A stretch of 64,000 nt of DNA from an uncultured virus (IMG/VR IMGVR_UViG_3300016472_000848) (lineage: Duplodnaviria > Heunggongvirae > Uroviricota > Caudoviricetes): positions 1-64,000 of the IMG/VR virus record IMGVR_UViG_3300016472_000848; one strand, written 5' to 3'. Positions 17,672-26,816 of this stretch are shown here, one piece after another (position 1 is the stretch's first letter; every line of letters starts with the position of its first letter). The position numbers were made by a program, and so were the translations under genes. The notes beneath the pieces were generated by a model. The model ran no database searches and had not been told where the DNA came from. It worked only from the letters and a program-made list of their open reading frames with translations.

Positions 17672-19780
17672 ATGAGCCTTAGACAAGAATATAATAAAAA
17701 TAAAATTGCGTTACAAGAAGCTAAAAAAGCTGAAATTCAAAATTGGCTAAGTGAAAATGTTGTATTTTTAACTGAACGAATGGATCGTGCAAGAGTAAAA
17801 AGATTAATAAATCTTATGCTCAAATTTGATCAAAAATTTGGTCCATTCAAAGATAAAATTCCTGGCATCTCTTCAATTGTAAGCGATGCAGAAAATGCTT
17901 TGCAAATGGCATTATCTGGCAGATTGACAGATTCAAAAATTTCAGAGATCTTTCAGCGATTAAGCATTATCTATGCTCTTCTTTCTGATTTCTTTGCCAA
18001 TGATTTAAAATTACTTCTTCAAACTCCTGCTTTTAAAGTTCCAAGAAGTAAACCAGAAGTAAGATTAGATTCTATTACTGATGCTGGTTATAGTCCAAAG
18101 CATATTACAGATACAATTGTATTAACTCTTACTCCTTCAGAAGAAGAATTAGCCTTTTTGAATAAACTCTATAAAGGCGTTACGCTTCCTCAGTTGGATA
18201 GACATAGTATTGCAAGTCAAATGTTAGGATTATCCTATAAAGATTTAGAAGGCTTGTGTGGGATAGAACAAGTTCCTATGGCGGTAATCCCTGATGAAAA
18301 ATTGCTAAACGAAGCAGGATTCATAAAAAATGTTTTAGGAGGAGCCGCTGCGGGTGTAGTGACAGGTGCTGTAACAGGTGCCGGTGCTGGAAACGTTCTT
18401 CCGGGGGTAGGAACAGTAACAGGAGCAGGAGTTGGAGCCGTAACAGGCGGGCTCGCAGGAGGTGCAAAAGCTTTATATGATTTTTTTCGCTCTCCTCAAG
18501 TAGAAGCAGTAAAAAAAACTATAAATGATTTACAAACAACTACAAATAAATTGCAAATCCCATCTTTGACAGCGGCAATGAAAGATTTTAGAAACAGATT
18601 AAATGCTGCGATGGTCAAGAAAGCACCAACTAAAACAGATACCCTGGTATTGAGTCAAGCAGTAGTAGTTGCTGAATTTTATAAAAATATAGCTGAAAAA
18701 TTAAAGGAATTAGTAAAAGACCCAGATGCTAAAACTTTAAGTGATTGGGCAGCAAGTGTAACTAATCCGCAGGATAAAATCATAGTCAATGATGAATTAC
18801 CACCCGCCGCATCTGATGAAGCCAAGCAGGCTTTAAAAACTTTAATGACATATCTAGATTCTACTGTGGAAAATTTAAATCCAGAAGGAAATTTGGCTAA
18901 ATTAAAAAAGTCTATTTTTTCAAAATTCAAAATACCAAATACTCAAAATACATTACCGCAAGAATTTACTGCGGCTATTCCAAAAATAAAACAAGAAATT
19001 ATTGAAATAATATTAGCAGAATCAACTACACTTCGAGAATCATATAGGGCAAATAAAAAAAATAAATTTGTTGAATTTGATAGTGAAGTAAATAAAATTT
19101 TAAATGAAAGTTTAGCTAATCTACAGGCAATTGTTAATTCATTTAATACTGCTGCAAAAGGAGTAGAAGCAAAAGCGGCGGTCGGTGCAAGTGCGCCAGG
19201 AACAGTACCGGGAGCACCAGGAGGAGGAACACCACCAGGAACAGTACCGGGAGCACCAGGAGGAGCACCCGGGGCTGTGGCACCAGCAGGAGGATCACAG
19301 GGGGCACCAGCAGGAGCACCAGGAGGAGCACCAGCACCAGGAGGAGGCTCACCGGCAGCAGCAATTGATCGAGCAGAAGCAAAACCTGATTTCAGCATAG
19401 GTCCAGCAGATGCTGGGCTGGCGGTTAAATCATTTAAAAAAATACAACAACTGAGTGCCGCCGACGACGACTACGCTAGAGGTATATTAAAAGAATTAGA
19501 AAATTCTATTATAGAAGCAGGAATTCAAACAATAAATACTGTTGAAATTGCAGTTAATACAATTAATTCTTTAGCTAAAGAACCTAATATAAAAAACACT
19601 CTAGCAAATCCTAATAATGCAAGATTAGCTGATTTGCAAAGTTTAATGAATAAAATAGGTAATGACCTAAACCCAGAAAAATCATTAAGTGAGCAGATTC
19701 CTCAAATAATAAAACTATCAAATATAGTAGCCGTAATCAACGATTTTGCAACAAAATTGCCGGATCCAGTAAAGAAATGA
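17672..19780 (+). CDS. Large hypothetical protein with glycine zipper and P/G/A linker, possible internal virion protein
   Basis: GGAAAGVVTGAVTGAGAG...GAGVGAVTGGLAGG; multiple [LI]xE[AS] sites; PG-rich repeat. Confidence 0.7.
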   Translation: MSLRQEYNKNKIALQEAKKAEIQNWLSENVVFLTERMDRARVKRLINLMLKFDQKFGPFKDKIPGISSIVSDAENALQMALSGRLTDSKISEIFQRLSIIYALLSDFFANDLKLLLQTPAFKVPRSKPEVRLDSITDAGYSPKHITDTIVLTLTPSEEELAFLNKLYKGVTLPQLDRHSIASQMLGLSYKDLEGLCGIEQVPMAVIPDEKLLNEAGFIKNVLGGAAAGVVTGAVTGAGAGNVLPGVGTVTGAGVGAVTGGLAGGAKALYDFFRSPQVEAVKKTINDLQTTTNKLQIPSLTAAMKDFRNRLNAAMVKKAPTKTDTLVLSQAVVVAEFYKNIAEKLKELVKDPDAKTLSDWAASVTNPQDKIIVNDELPPAASDEAKQALKTLMTYLDSTVENLNPEGNLAKLKKSIFSKFKIPNTQNTLPQEFTAAIPKIKQEIIEIILAESTTLRESYRANKKNKFVEFDSEVNKILNESLANLQAIVNSFNTAAKGVEAKAAVGASAPGTVPGAPGGGTPPGTVPGAPGGAPGAVAPAGGSQGAPAGAPGGAPAPGGGSPAAAIDRAEAKPDFSIGPADAGLAVKSFKKIQQLSAADDDYARGILKELENSIIEAGIQTINTVEIAVNTINSLAKEPNIKNTLANPNNARLADLQSLMNKIGNDLNPEKSLSEQIPQIIKLSNIVAVINDFATKLPDPVKK
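19196..19265 (+). repeat. 31-nt direct repeat within the PG-rich linker
   Basis: ccaggaacagtaccgggagcaccaggaggag at 19196-19226 and 19235-19265. Confidence 0.9.
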
Positions 19781-21199
19781 TTATTGCTTAACGACAATAC
19801 CATCACTACATAGCACCATACAAGCAACTGGACCTGCCAATTTTAATGTTGTAATGACAGATAAAGTTGGCAGTTCTTTTTTATAAGATGAAATCTTTTT
19901 TAGTGAATCAACAATTGCTTCAGATGTAAAATCTTTTGTACCTAACTTTTCAAGCTTAACAACAATCTTACTTAAATCAGTTACACCATAATTTAAAACA
20001 GCTTTTACTGCTCGCAAGCAATTATCTATTTTTACTCTACAGGCATCATTTTCAATTGTAGTGACATCGGGAAGATTTATTATTGCCGCATCAGAAACAA
20101 GACCTTTCAATCTTGCATCAATTAAATTTTCTAAATCTTCAATTGCAGATTGTTGTTGTCGCTTTTCCAAAAGATATTTGATATGAGAAGAAACAGCAAA
20201 TCTTGTAACATTGTTTTCTATAAGAGTTTCTTTTAGCGTAACTCTTATTTTATCTATAGATGGCAAATTTTCCCAAGATTGATAGGTTAACAACTCTCCC
20301 TTGAGCGAAGAAACAGCTTCTTTACCACAAACAACAGATATATCGTTTACAAGATTGAGACTTTCCAAATCGGAATTAACACGTATAGGAATTATATCTA
20401 ATAATCCTCGTTCTTGATTTGTCTTTAACGTAGCTACAACTTCTTCTGAAAAGCCCATTGCTATTATTGCCACAGCTTGTCCTGTTTCATGTGCCTTTTG
20501 TAATATTTGGTCTATTTCAGATATTTTTTCTACAAGACCATCTACAAGAAGAATTTTACAATTGCTTCGCTCCCAGGCTAATTCATTGTTGCTGCCGAAA
20601 AAGTATTTAAAAGGACTTAATTTAAAAGAATAACCAGATTTTTGTTCAATCACAAAATTGAATCCTTTTCCATTTTCTATTAATATTTTTCCTTCTAATC
20701 CAGCTAACATTACCGCTTGAAATACTGCTTCTGATAGTGCTTCATTGTCACCACAAATTTCATTTATTAAATTTTGTAAATCTTTTTCTTTGGCAATTCT
20801 GTTTTCAGAAAGAATTAAGTTTGTTATTTCTTCAATAATAACTTGATAAGATTCCGACAATGCAACTTCATTTGGAATTTTATCGCCAAAAGATTTAGTC
20901 AAATTTGAATATAGATTAAAAAAATAAACAAAGGTAGCAAGCCCTGCACTTTGACTCATGACTTCAGAACGGTAAATTATATTTGTAGCCAGTAAATTTA
21001 ACATTATTTCGACATTGTTAGATGGTTCGACTTTATTCAATAATTCGGCAATAAAGTGATAACTTTTTTTATCGATTGGGACCAGATTACTTGACATCGC
21101 AATTTTTATTGCTTCAAACTTTGCATTTACATTGTCAATTGATTGATTTATTAACAAATTTGCCGTTGTTTTATCTAGGTAGGTTGTTGTTGCAGTCAT
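19781..21199 (-). CDS. Divergent GroEL/Cpn60-like chaperonin
   Basis: Apical-domain-like KILLVDGLVEKISEIDQILQKA...VAIIAMGFSEEVVATLKTN; DNCLRAVKAVLNYGV; no GDGTT motif. Confidence 0.75.
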   Translation of the reverse strand: MTATTTYLDKTTANLLINQSIDNVNAKFEAIKIAMSSNLVPIDKKSYHFIAELLNKVEPSNNVEIMLNLLATNIIYRSEVMSQSAGLATFVYFFNLYSNLTKSFGDKIPNEVALSESYQVIIEEITNLILSENRIAKEKDLQNLINEICGDNEALSEAVFQAVMLAGLEGKILIENGKGFNFVIEQKSGYSFKLSPFKYFFGSNNELAWERSNCKILLVDGLVEKISEIDQILQKAHETGQAVAIIAMGFSEEVVATLKTNQERGLLDIIPIRVNSDLESLNLVNDISVVCGKEAVSSLKGELLTYQSWENLPSIDKIRVTLKETLIENNVTRFAVSSHIKYLLEKRQQQSAIEDLENLIDARLKGLVSDAAIINLPDVTTIENDACRVKIDNCLRAVKAVLNYGVTDLSKIVVKLEKLGTKDFTSEAIVDSLKKISSYKKELPTLSVITTLKLAGPVACMVLCSDGIVVKQ

Positions 21200-21236
21200 A
21201 AATTAATATTTATATGATAGGGTGGGGAGTAACAAT

Positions 21237-21803
21237 ATGTCTTCTTCAGATTCAAAAAAACAAACTGAACAAAAGTTAGAAGCGAATGTAAATGAGCTAG
21301 AGGCTTTGGTAAAGAAAATTTCTGCCAAAGTTGAAAATGCTTCTGTCTTAAATGGTGGCTTTGATGAGATCAGAGATGAGTTAAAAGAGATCAAATGGAG
21401 CCAACTAAAATTAATGGCAGATTTAAATCGAGTACATGAGGACATTCCTGAGATTAGACGGGAAGTGGCTACAATTAAAGATGCCATTTATGATCCGGAC
21501 AATGGACTTTATTCTAGAATTAAAGAATCTAGTGCAGACAGCAAGCGAAGTGAAGATATGCTGAGGGACGTTAGTGCTAGAACTTCTTTAATTGCCAAGA
21601 AGCTGGATTCTATGGAAGAAAAAATGAATCCACTAGAAGAGACAACAAAAAAGCTAAAAAGAATTGCTGGAGAAGATTTAGACAAGTTAAAGGGCATTAC
21701 CCAGACAAAAGAAAATATAAATAAAATATGGTGGGCAATTTTATTAGCAGTTGGTGCTGGCGTTGGAAAATTTCTTTGGGACAATATATCGCAATTATTC
21801 TAG
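21237..21803 (+). CDS. Coiled-coil protein with C-terminal TM anchor
   Basis: GGGGAG RBS before ATG 21237; IWWAILLAVGAGVGKFLW. Confidence 0.75.
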   Translation: MSSSDSKKQTEQKLEANVNELEALVKKISAKVENASVLNGGFDEIRDELKEIKWSQLKLMADLNRVHEDIPEIRREVATIKDAIYDPDNGLYSRIKESSADSKRSEDMLRDVSARTSLIAKKLDSMEEKMNPLEETTKKLKRIAGEDLDKLKGITQTKENINKIWWAILLAVGAGVGKFLWDNISQLF

Positions 21804-21862
21804 ACATCTATAATTAAATACAAAAATTGATATTGGGTCTATAATACAATTGGAGTTAATTA

Positions 21863-22078
21863 ATGTCAAAGAAAACACCTGAAGAAATCATAGAAATTTG
21901 GACCAACTTCCGTATAGAAGTTGAGCAAATTGATTTTGATATGAACAAAGCTTTAATAAAGGGCAACGCTGCTGCTGGTCGCAGAGCACGAACCAAATTT
22001 AGAACATTAAAGAAGCTAGCTACTCAAATCATTAAAGAAATGATTGAATTTGAAAAAGAAGAGTCAACCAATTCTTGA
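21863..22078 (+). CDS. Histone H1-like (Hc1 family) small protein
   Basis: KGNAAAGRRAR...LKKLA motif; GGAG RBS. Confidence 0.65.
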   Translation: MSKKTPEEIIEIWTNFRIEVEQIDFDMNKALIKGNAAAGRRARTKFRTLKKLATQIIKEMIEFEKEESTNS

Positions 22079-22091
22079 TTTGGAGTATAAA

Positions 22092-22385
22092 ATGGGCTGG
22101 AAATTAATTAAAAGGGCAAATGCTATTGCATTTTTAGACAGGGAACGTAAACGCCAAGAAGATTATCATTACGATGATACGCTTTCAACTCCCGAACATA
22201 CCCAAGCGGCACCAGAAGAACCGCTGCCTCCAATAGAAGAAGTTCGTACTTCTGATTGTACGCCTGTAGAGTCGCATAAAGAAGATTCAGATAATGAATC
22301 AGAATCTGTGGAATTGCAGCCTACACGAGTAGTTAAAGAAAAGAAATCTGTTAAAAAAACTAATAAAAAGAAAAAAGTTGAATAA
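22092..22385 (+). CDS. Hypothetical low-complexity protein
   Basis: GGAG RBS, ATG 22092; TAATG overlap with phoH. Confidence 0.7.
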   Translation: MGWKLIKRANAIAFLDRERKRQEDYHYDDTLSTPEHTQAAPEEPLPPIEEVRTSDCTPVESHKEDSDNESESVELQPTRVVKEKKSVKKTNKKKKVE

Positions 22386-25300
22386 TGGTAAAGACACTTA
22401 TCCTAGATACAAACGTTTTATTGACTGATCCCGATAGTTTATACGCTTTTGATGACAATGAAATTGTATTGCCATTCACAACAATAGAAGAATTAGATAA
22501 AATTAAAAGCCGTACAAACGAAGTTGGTGCCAATGCTCGTGAAGTAGCTAGACGCCTTTCGCAAATGATTTCTGAGAATGAGCAGGGTGCCCTAAAGCGT
22601 GGAGTTCTGCTGCCTTCTGGTGGCACCCTACGGCTTGTAGCTATAAGCGATTTCGTCTTTGATGAAGATGAAAAATTTAGCAAAGATTGGGATACATCAA
22701 ATAAAGATAATCATATCCTTGATGTCTGTAGAGGATTAACGAAACAACATCGTGAACAAGGAAAACCAGATCCTATCCTTGTAAGTCGTGATATTCTTTT
22801 GCGTGTTAAATGTGATTTCCTTGGTATTCCATGTGAAGATTATAAGAATGCACATATAACCGAAAACGTCGATAAATTATATACTGGTTCTGTTCATGTT
22901 GATATATCAGAAGAAGATGTGCAAGAATATTGGGAATGTTCCGAAGATCCAAAAAGAGAATTTTATTTGGATTTTGAGCCCGAGCTTAAAAAAGAGTTAG
23001 CTCCAAATCAGTTTTTACTTCTTCAAGATCCAAACAGCGATGAAGAACTTGCTGTACGTTATCTTGGTCAAGATGAGCCACTAAAAATTATTAATGATCT
23101 TAAATCTCCAATTTATGGTTTGTTACCAAGAAATAAAGAGCAGAATCTTGCAATGAATTTATTGTTAGATCCTGAAATAAAATTAGCAACGATATTAGGT
23201 CAAGCAGGAACCGGAAAAACAATAGCTGCGTTAGCCGCTGGCTTAAATCAAGTTATCGAAAAGAAACGTTATAAGAGATTGTTTATCTGTCGTCCAATAG
23301 TTCCAGTTGGAAATGACATTGGATTTTTACCGGGACCGGTCCCACTTTATACTAATGTTCTCACTCCCGATGGTTGGAAGAAGATGGGAGACATTAAAAA
23401 GAATGACCATGTTATTGCAAAAGATGGCAAACCAACAAGGGTTTCTGATATATATCCAAAAGGACAAAAAGAAATATTAGAAATTACGTTTGAAGACGGC
23501 GTTACAATTGAATGCTGCGAAGATCATCCTTGGTCTGTGTATTCTGTTAGTAATCCTAAACCAAAAGTTATGCAAACAAAGGATATAGAAAAAAGACAAG
23601 ATGAACTTGGATGGGATAAAAAAAGTTGGAACCGATTGTTTATTGACGTAGTAGAACCCGTCAAATATTCGCCATTAAAAGAAAAGCTTTCAATTCATCC
23701 ATATGTCTTGGGCTGTATTCTTGGTGATGGTTGCGTATCCCAACAATACGCAAACGAGTTTTCTTCTAATGATGAAGAAATTGTTGAAAATATTAACAAC
23801 TTTATGCCAAATAACATTGTTTTAAAACATAAAAGTGGTTACTCGTATTCATTTACAATGAAAAGTAATACAGGAAAAAAGAAAAGAAAAAACAATGTGG
23901 TAACCGAAGCTATTAATCGCCTTGGGCTTCGTGGCACAAATTCTAAAACAAAGTTTATCCCAGAAAATTATCTTTTTGCCTCTGTTGAAGAAAGACTTCT
24001 GCTTCTTCAGGGTTTGATGGATACCGATGGTTATGTTTCAAAAGATGGCAAAGATGTATCTTTTGCAACAATTTCAAAAGAATTAGCTAATGGAGTTAAA
24101 AATCTTGTTCTTTCTTTGGGTGGGTTGGCTAACATCAAACATTATCCACATAAGCATGATTCATATACGGTATCGATATCCTTTAACAATTCAGATATGT
24201 GTCCCTTTCTTTTAGACCGGAAAGCCATTAGATGGCAACCGAGAAAAAATCATATCTTACGAAGAATTGAAAGCGTAAAAAGAACTGGAAAGTATACAGA
24301 AATGCAATGCATCTCGGTAGAACACCCAGAACATTTATATGTGATGGATAACTTTGTAGTTACTCACAATACCAAGGAAGAGAAGCTGGAGCCTTGGATT
24401 GCACCAATAAAAGATAATTTACGTTACCTTTTATTTTCCGGAACAGCAGGTAGAAAATCTCGTCAAAACGAAATGACTCTTACTGGATTTTTTGAAGATG
24501 GTTTAATTGAGATTGATGCTATTAGCTATCTACGTGGACGCTCAATCGCAGATGCTTATATCATAATAGACGAATGTTTTCCATATGATCAAAATATCAA
24601 TACAGAAAATGGCAAAATGCCAATTGGTAAATTAGTTTCTTTATTCAATAAAGGCGAAAAAATACCAAAAGTATTGGCTTACGATGAAAAAAATAAAAAC
24701 TTTGTATACAAAAACATTAAAAATGCATGGTCAAACGGATATAAATCTTTAATAAAGATTAAATCTTCTAATAGAAATATCGAATGCACAGAAAATCATC
24801 CATTCTTGGTCAAAGATAAAGGCTATGTAAAAGCCAGAGAATTAGCAGTGGGAGATTTGCTAGTTACAACAAAGCCAAAAGCTAGAAGTCAACTTCTTAA
24901 AACTTGGAATGAAGATCAAGAACAAATAATTTTGGGTTCATATCTCGGAGATGGAAATATTTCTCAGCATGGATTAAATCGTTATAGATTAAAAGCTGCC
25001 TATGGCAAGAGCCAGAAAAATTATTGTCAATTTAAGTCCGAGATTTTAAACTGCTTCACTTCTCAAAGTAAACAAAATGGATATAGCAAGAATCCAGCCA
25101 CTAGATTTACAACACCTATATTTGGTTCTAAAATTAATTTTAATTCAAACAAAAAAACTTGTAACTTAGAAATTTTAAATAAATTAAATCCAAAAGGATT
25201 GGCTGTCTGGTTTATGGACAAGGGCTCAGTCTATCCAAATAAAAATGGTGCAAGAATCTCGACGCATTCTTTTGACGAAGAAAGTCAAAAAAACTTTATA

Positions 25301-25891
25301 AATTATTTTCATTCATTAGGAATGCAGAATGTAAAATATCAAAAAGATTATTCGAAATCAAAAGATAAAAATTGCTATTATATTATCTTTGACAAAGAAG
25401 ATTATTGCAGATTATCTTCAATAATAGAGCCTTATATTCATCCAGACTTTTCACATAAGGTTGTTAACCAAAACTTAGCAGGAACCTATAAATGGAATTC
25501 TTGCGAAGAAGAATCTGGAGTAACTGTCGTAGATGCTATTGATCTAAATCCAGGAATTAATAAAGAAGTTTTTGATATAGAAGTTGAAGATCTGCATAAT
25601 TTTGTAATTTGTTCTACGAGAGCTTCAAAAAATAATTCTGGTATAGTTGTTCACAATTGTCAGAACTTAACTGCTCATGAACTTAAGACCATTATTACTC
25701 GTGTTGGCGAGAACACTAAGATTGTTCTTACTGGCGATATAGATCAGATTGACAATATGTATATTGATGCCAAGAGCAATGGTTTAACTATAGCTATTGA
25801 GAAGTTCAAACCATATAAGATTGCTGGTCATATAAAACTAGTCAAAGGCGAGAGATCAGAGTTGGCAACTCTTGCTAGCAATTGTCTCTGA
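22385..25891 (+). CDS. phoH: PIN-PhoH (PhoH2/YlaK-type) ATPase with two inteins; 462 aa after splicing
   Basis: PIN LILDTNVLL/EELD/VSRDILLR; Walker A GQAGTGKT; IGFLPG; LRGRS; IIIDE..QN; LTGDIDQID. Confidence 0.95.
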   Translation: MVKTLILDTNVLLTDPDSLYAFDDNEIVLPFTTIEELDKIKSRTNEVGANAREVARRLSQMISENEQGALKRGVLLPSGGTLRLVAISDFVFDEDEKFSKDWDTSNKDNHILDVCRGLTKQHREQGKPDPILVSRDILLRVKCDFLGIPCEDYKNAHITENVDKLYTGSVHVDISEEDVQEYWECSEDPKREFYLDFEPELKKELAPNQFLLLQDPNSDEELAVRYLGQDEPLKIINDLKSPIYGLLPRNKEQNLAMNLLLDPEIKLATILGQAGTGKTIAALAAGLNQVIEKKRYKRLFICRPIVPVGNDIGFLPGPVPLYTNVLTPDGWKKMGDIKKNDHVIAKDGKPTRVSDIYPKGQKEILEITFEDGVTIECCEDHPWSVYSVSNPKPKVMQTKDIEKRQDELGWDKKSWNRLFIDVVEPVKYSPLKEKLSIHPYVLGCILGDGCVSQQYANEFSSNDEEIVENINNFMPNNIVLKHKSGYSYSFTMKSNTGKKKRKNNVVTEAINRLGLRGTNSKTKFIPENYLFASVEERLLLLQGLMDTDGYVSKDGKDVSFATISKELANGVKNLVLSLGGLANIKHYPHKHDSYTVSISFNNSDMCPFLLDRKAIRWQPRKNHILRRIESVKRTGKYTEMQCISVEHPEHLYVMDNFVVTHNTKEEKLEPWIAPIKDNLRYLLFSGTAGRKSRQNEMTLTGFFEDGLIEIDAISYLRGRSIADAYIIIDECFPYDQNINTENGKMPIGKLVSLFNKGEKIPKVLAYDEKNKNFVYKNIKNAWSNGYKSLIKIKSSNRNIECTENHPFLVKDKGYVKARELAVGDLLVTTKPKARSQLLKTWNEDQEQIILGSYLGDGNISQHGLNRYRLKAAYGKSQKNYCQFKSEILNCFTSQSKQNGYSKNPATRFTTPIFGSKINFNSNKKTCNLEILNKLNPKGLAVWFMDKGSVYPNKNGARISTHSFDEESQKNFINYFHSLGMQNVKYQKDYSKSKDKNCYYIIFDKEDYCRLSSIIEPYIHPDFSHKVVNQNLAGTYKWNSCEEESGVTVVDAIDLNPGINKEVFDIEVEDLHNFVICSTRASKNNSGIVVHNCQNLTAHELKTIITRVGENTKIVLTGDIDQIDNMYIDAKSNGLTIAIEKFKPYKIAGHIKLVKGERSELATLASNCL
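23336..24370 (+). mobile_element. Class 3 intein (Pro1, W-C-T triad) with LAGLIDADG endonuclease, 345 aa
   Basis: GFLPG|PVPLYT ... CCEDHPW ... LGCILGDG ... LQGLMDTDG ... MQCISV ... VVTHN|T. Confidence 0.9.
24575..25657 (+). mobile_element. Canonical intein with LAGLIDADG-type domain, 361 aa
   Basis: IIIDE|CFPYD ... CTENHPF ... LGSYLGDG ... LAVWFMDKG ... FDIEV ... VVHN|CQN. Confidence 0.93.
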
Positions 25892-25991
25892 TTAGTGTGC
25901 GATTTGTTTGTTCTTTTATTAGAAGCAACAATGTACGAATACTATCATCACAGACAATTATGATTTATTTTTAGATTGCTAATTACAGAAT

Positions 25992-26765
25992 GTGACAGAT
26001 AATAGCAAATATGGTAACAATAGAAATGTTTGGCGCAAAAGTTATGGTACTGGTCAAGCTGCAAGACCTCCAAAATTAACTACATATGAAGTATTTGATG
26101 TAATAAGCGAACCTACAAGCTTTGATCCAATTACCGGTAAACCACTTGTTTCTTCAAATACTACAATTGACTTACAAAAAACAGTAAGACATCGTGATTT
26201 TTTTAAAACGTTTGGAATTTCTGGACCTATTATTGTTGGCGAATATGACGAAGGATTAATTCATTTCAATAATGTTGATACAGTTTCCTTTAATTTTAAT
26301 GTTACGTTTTCCGGCAATCCCTATCTTGTTTTTTCTATGGAACAAGAGGCGGCAGCAGTACAAAATACATTTAATTTAAACATATATGGTATTGCAGTAA
26401 CAAACGCAAATGCAATCGTCGGATTATCTGCGCCATTCTCTGGTACAATACGATATCGAGCAGCATATGCAAATGGCTTTCCAGCTTATTTTTTTGGTAA
26501 AAGCGGATCCATTACTCCTACAAGTGGTTGGTTCATAGCTAGCGCAAATAAACAGAATCCAGAAAATCAAAGTTATTTATCTGCTTCTTGGAGCGCATTG
26601 CAAAATCCCTCTCCTGCTTTATTTCAAACTCCATTTGATGATAATTTAAATTTTGATGCAAACGTTTCCGTGTTACCCCAAAGTGCATCATTAAATAATG
26701 CTAGCGTAATCAATGATCTATCTGCTCCAATGAGTAGTTCAATATATATTCTAGCAGTTCAATAG
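25992..26765 (+). CDS. Hypothetical protein, probable virion structural component
   Basis: GTG start; S/N/A/G-rich, beta-strand-like composition; upstream of the fibre gene. Confidence 0.65.
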   Translation: MTDNSKYGNNRNVWRKSYGTGQAARPPKLTTYEVFDVISEPTSFDPITGKPLVSSNTTIDLQKTVRHRDFFKTFGISGPIIVGEYDEGLIHFNNVDTVSFNFNVTFSGNPYLVFSMEQEAAAVQNTFNLNIYGIAVTNANAIVGLSAPFSGTIRYRAAYANGFPAYFFGKSGSITPTSGWFIASANKQNPENQSYLSASWSALQNPSPALFQTPFDDNLNFDANVSVLPQSASLNNASVINDLSAPMSSSIYILAVQ

Positions 26766-26816
26766 ACAAATTTTTGTCAAAAGAATAAAAAACAGAAACA
26801 GTTAAAGTTGGCAGCA

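Noticed and set aside
18943..19400. Overlapping ORFs (151 aa minus, 79 aa minus, 71 aa plus)
   Set aside because: These are shadows of the GC-rich PG repeat in the 702-aa gene
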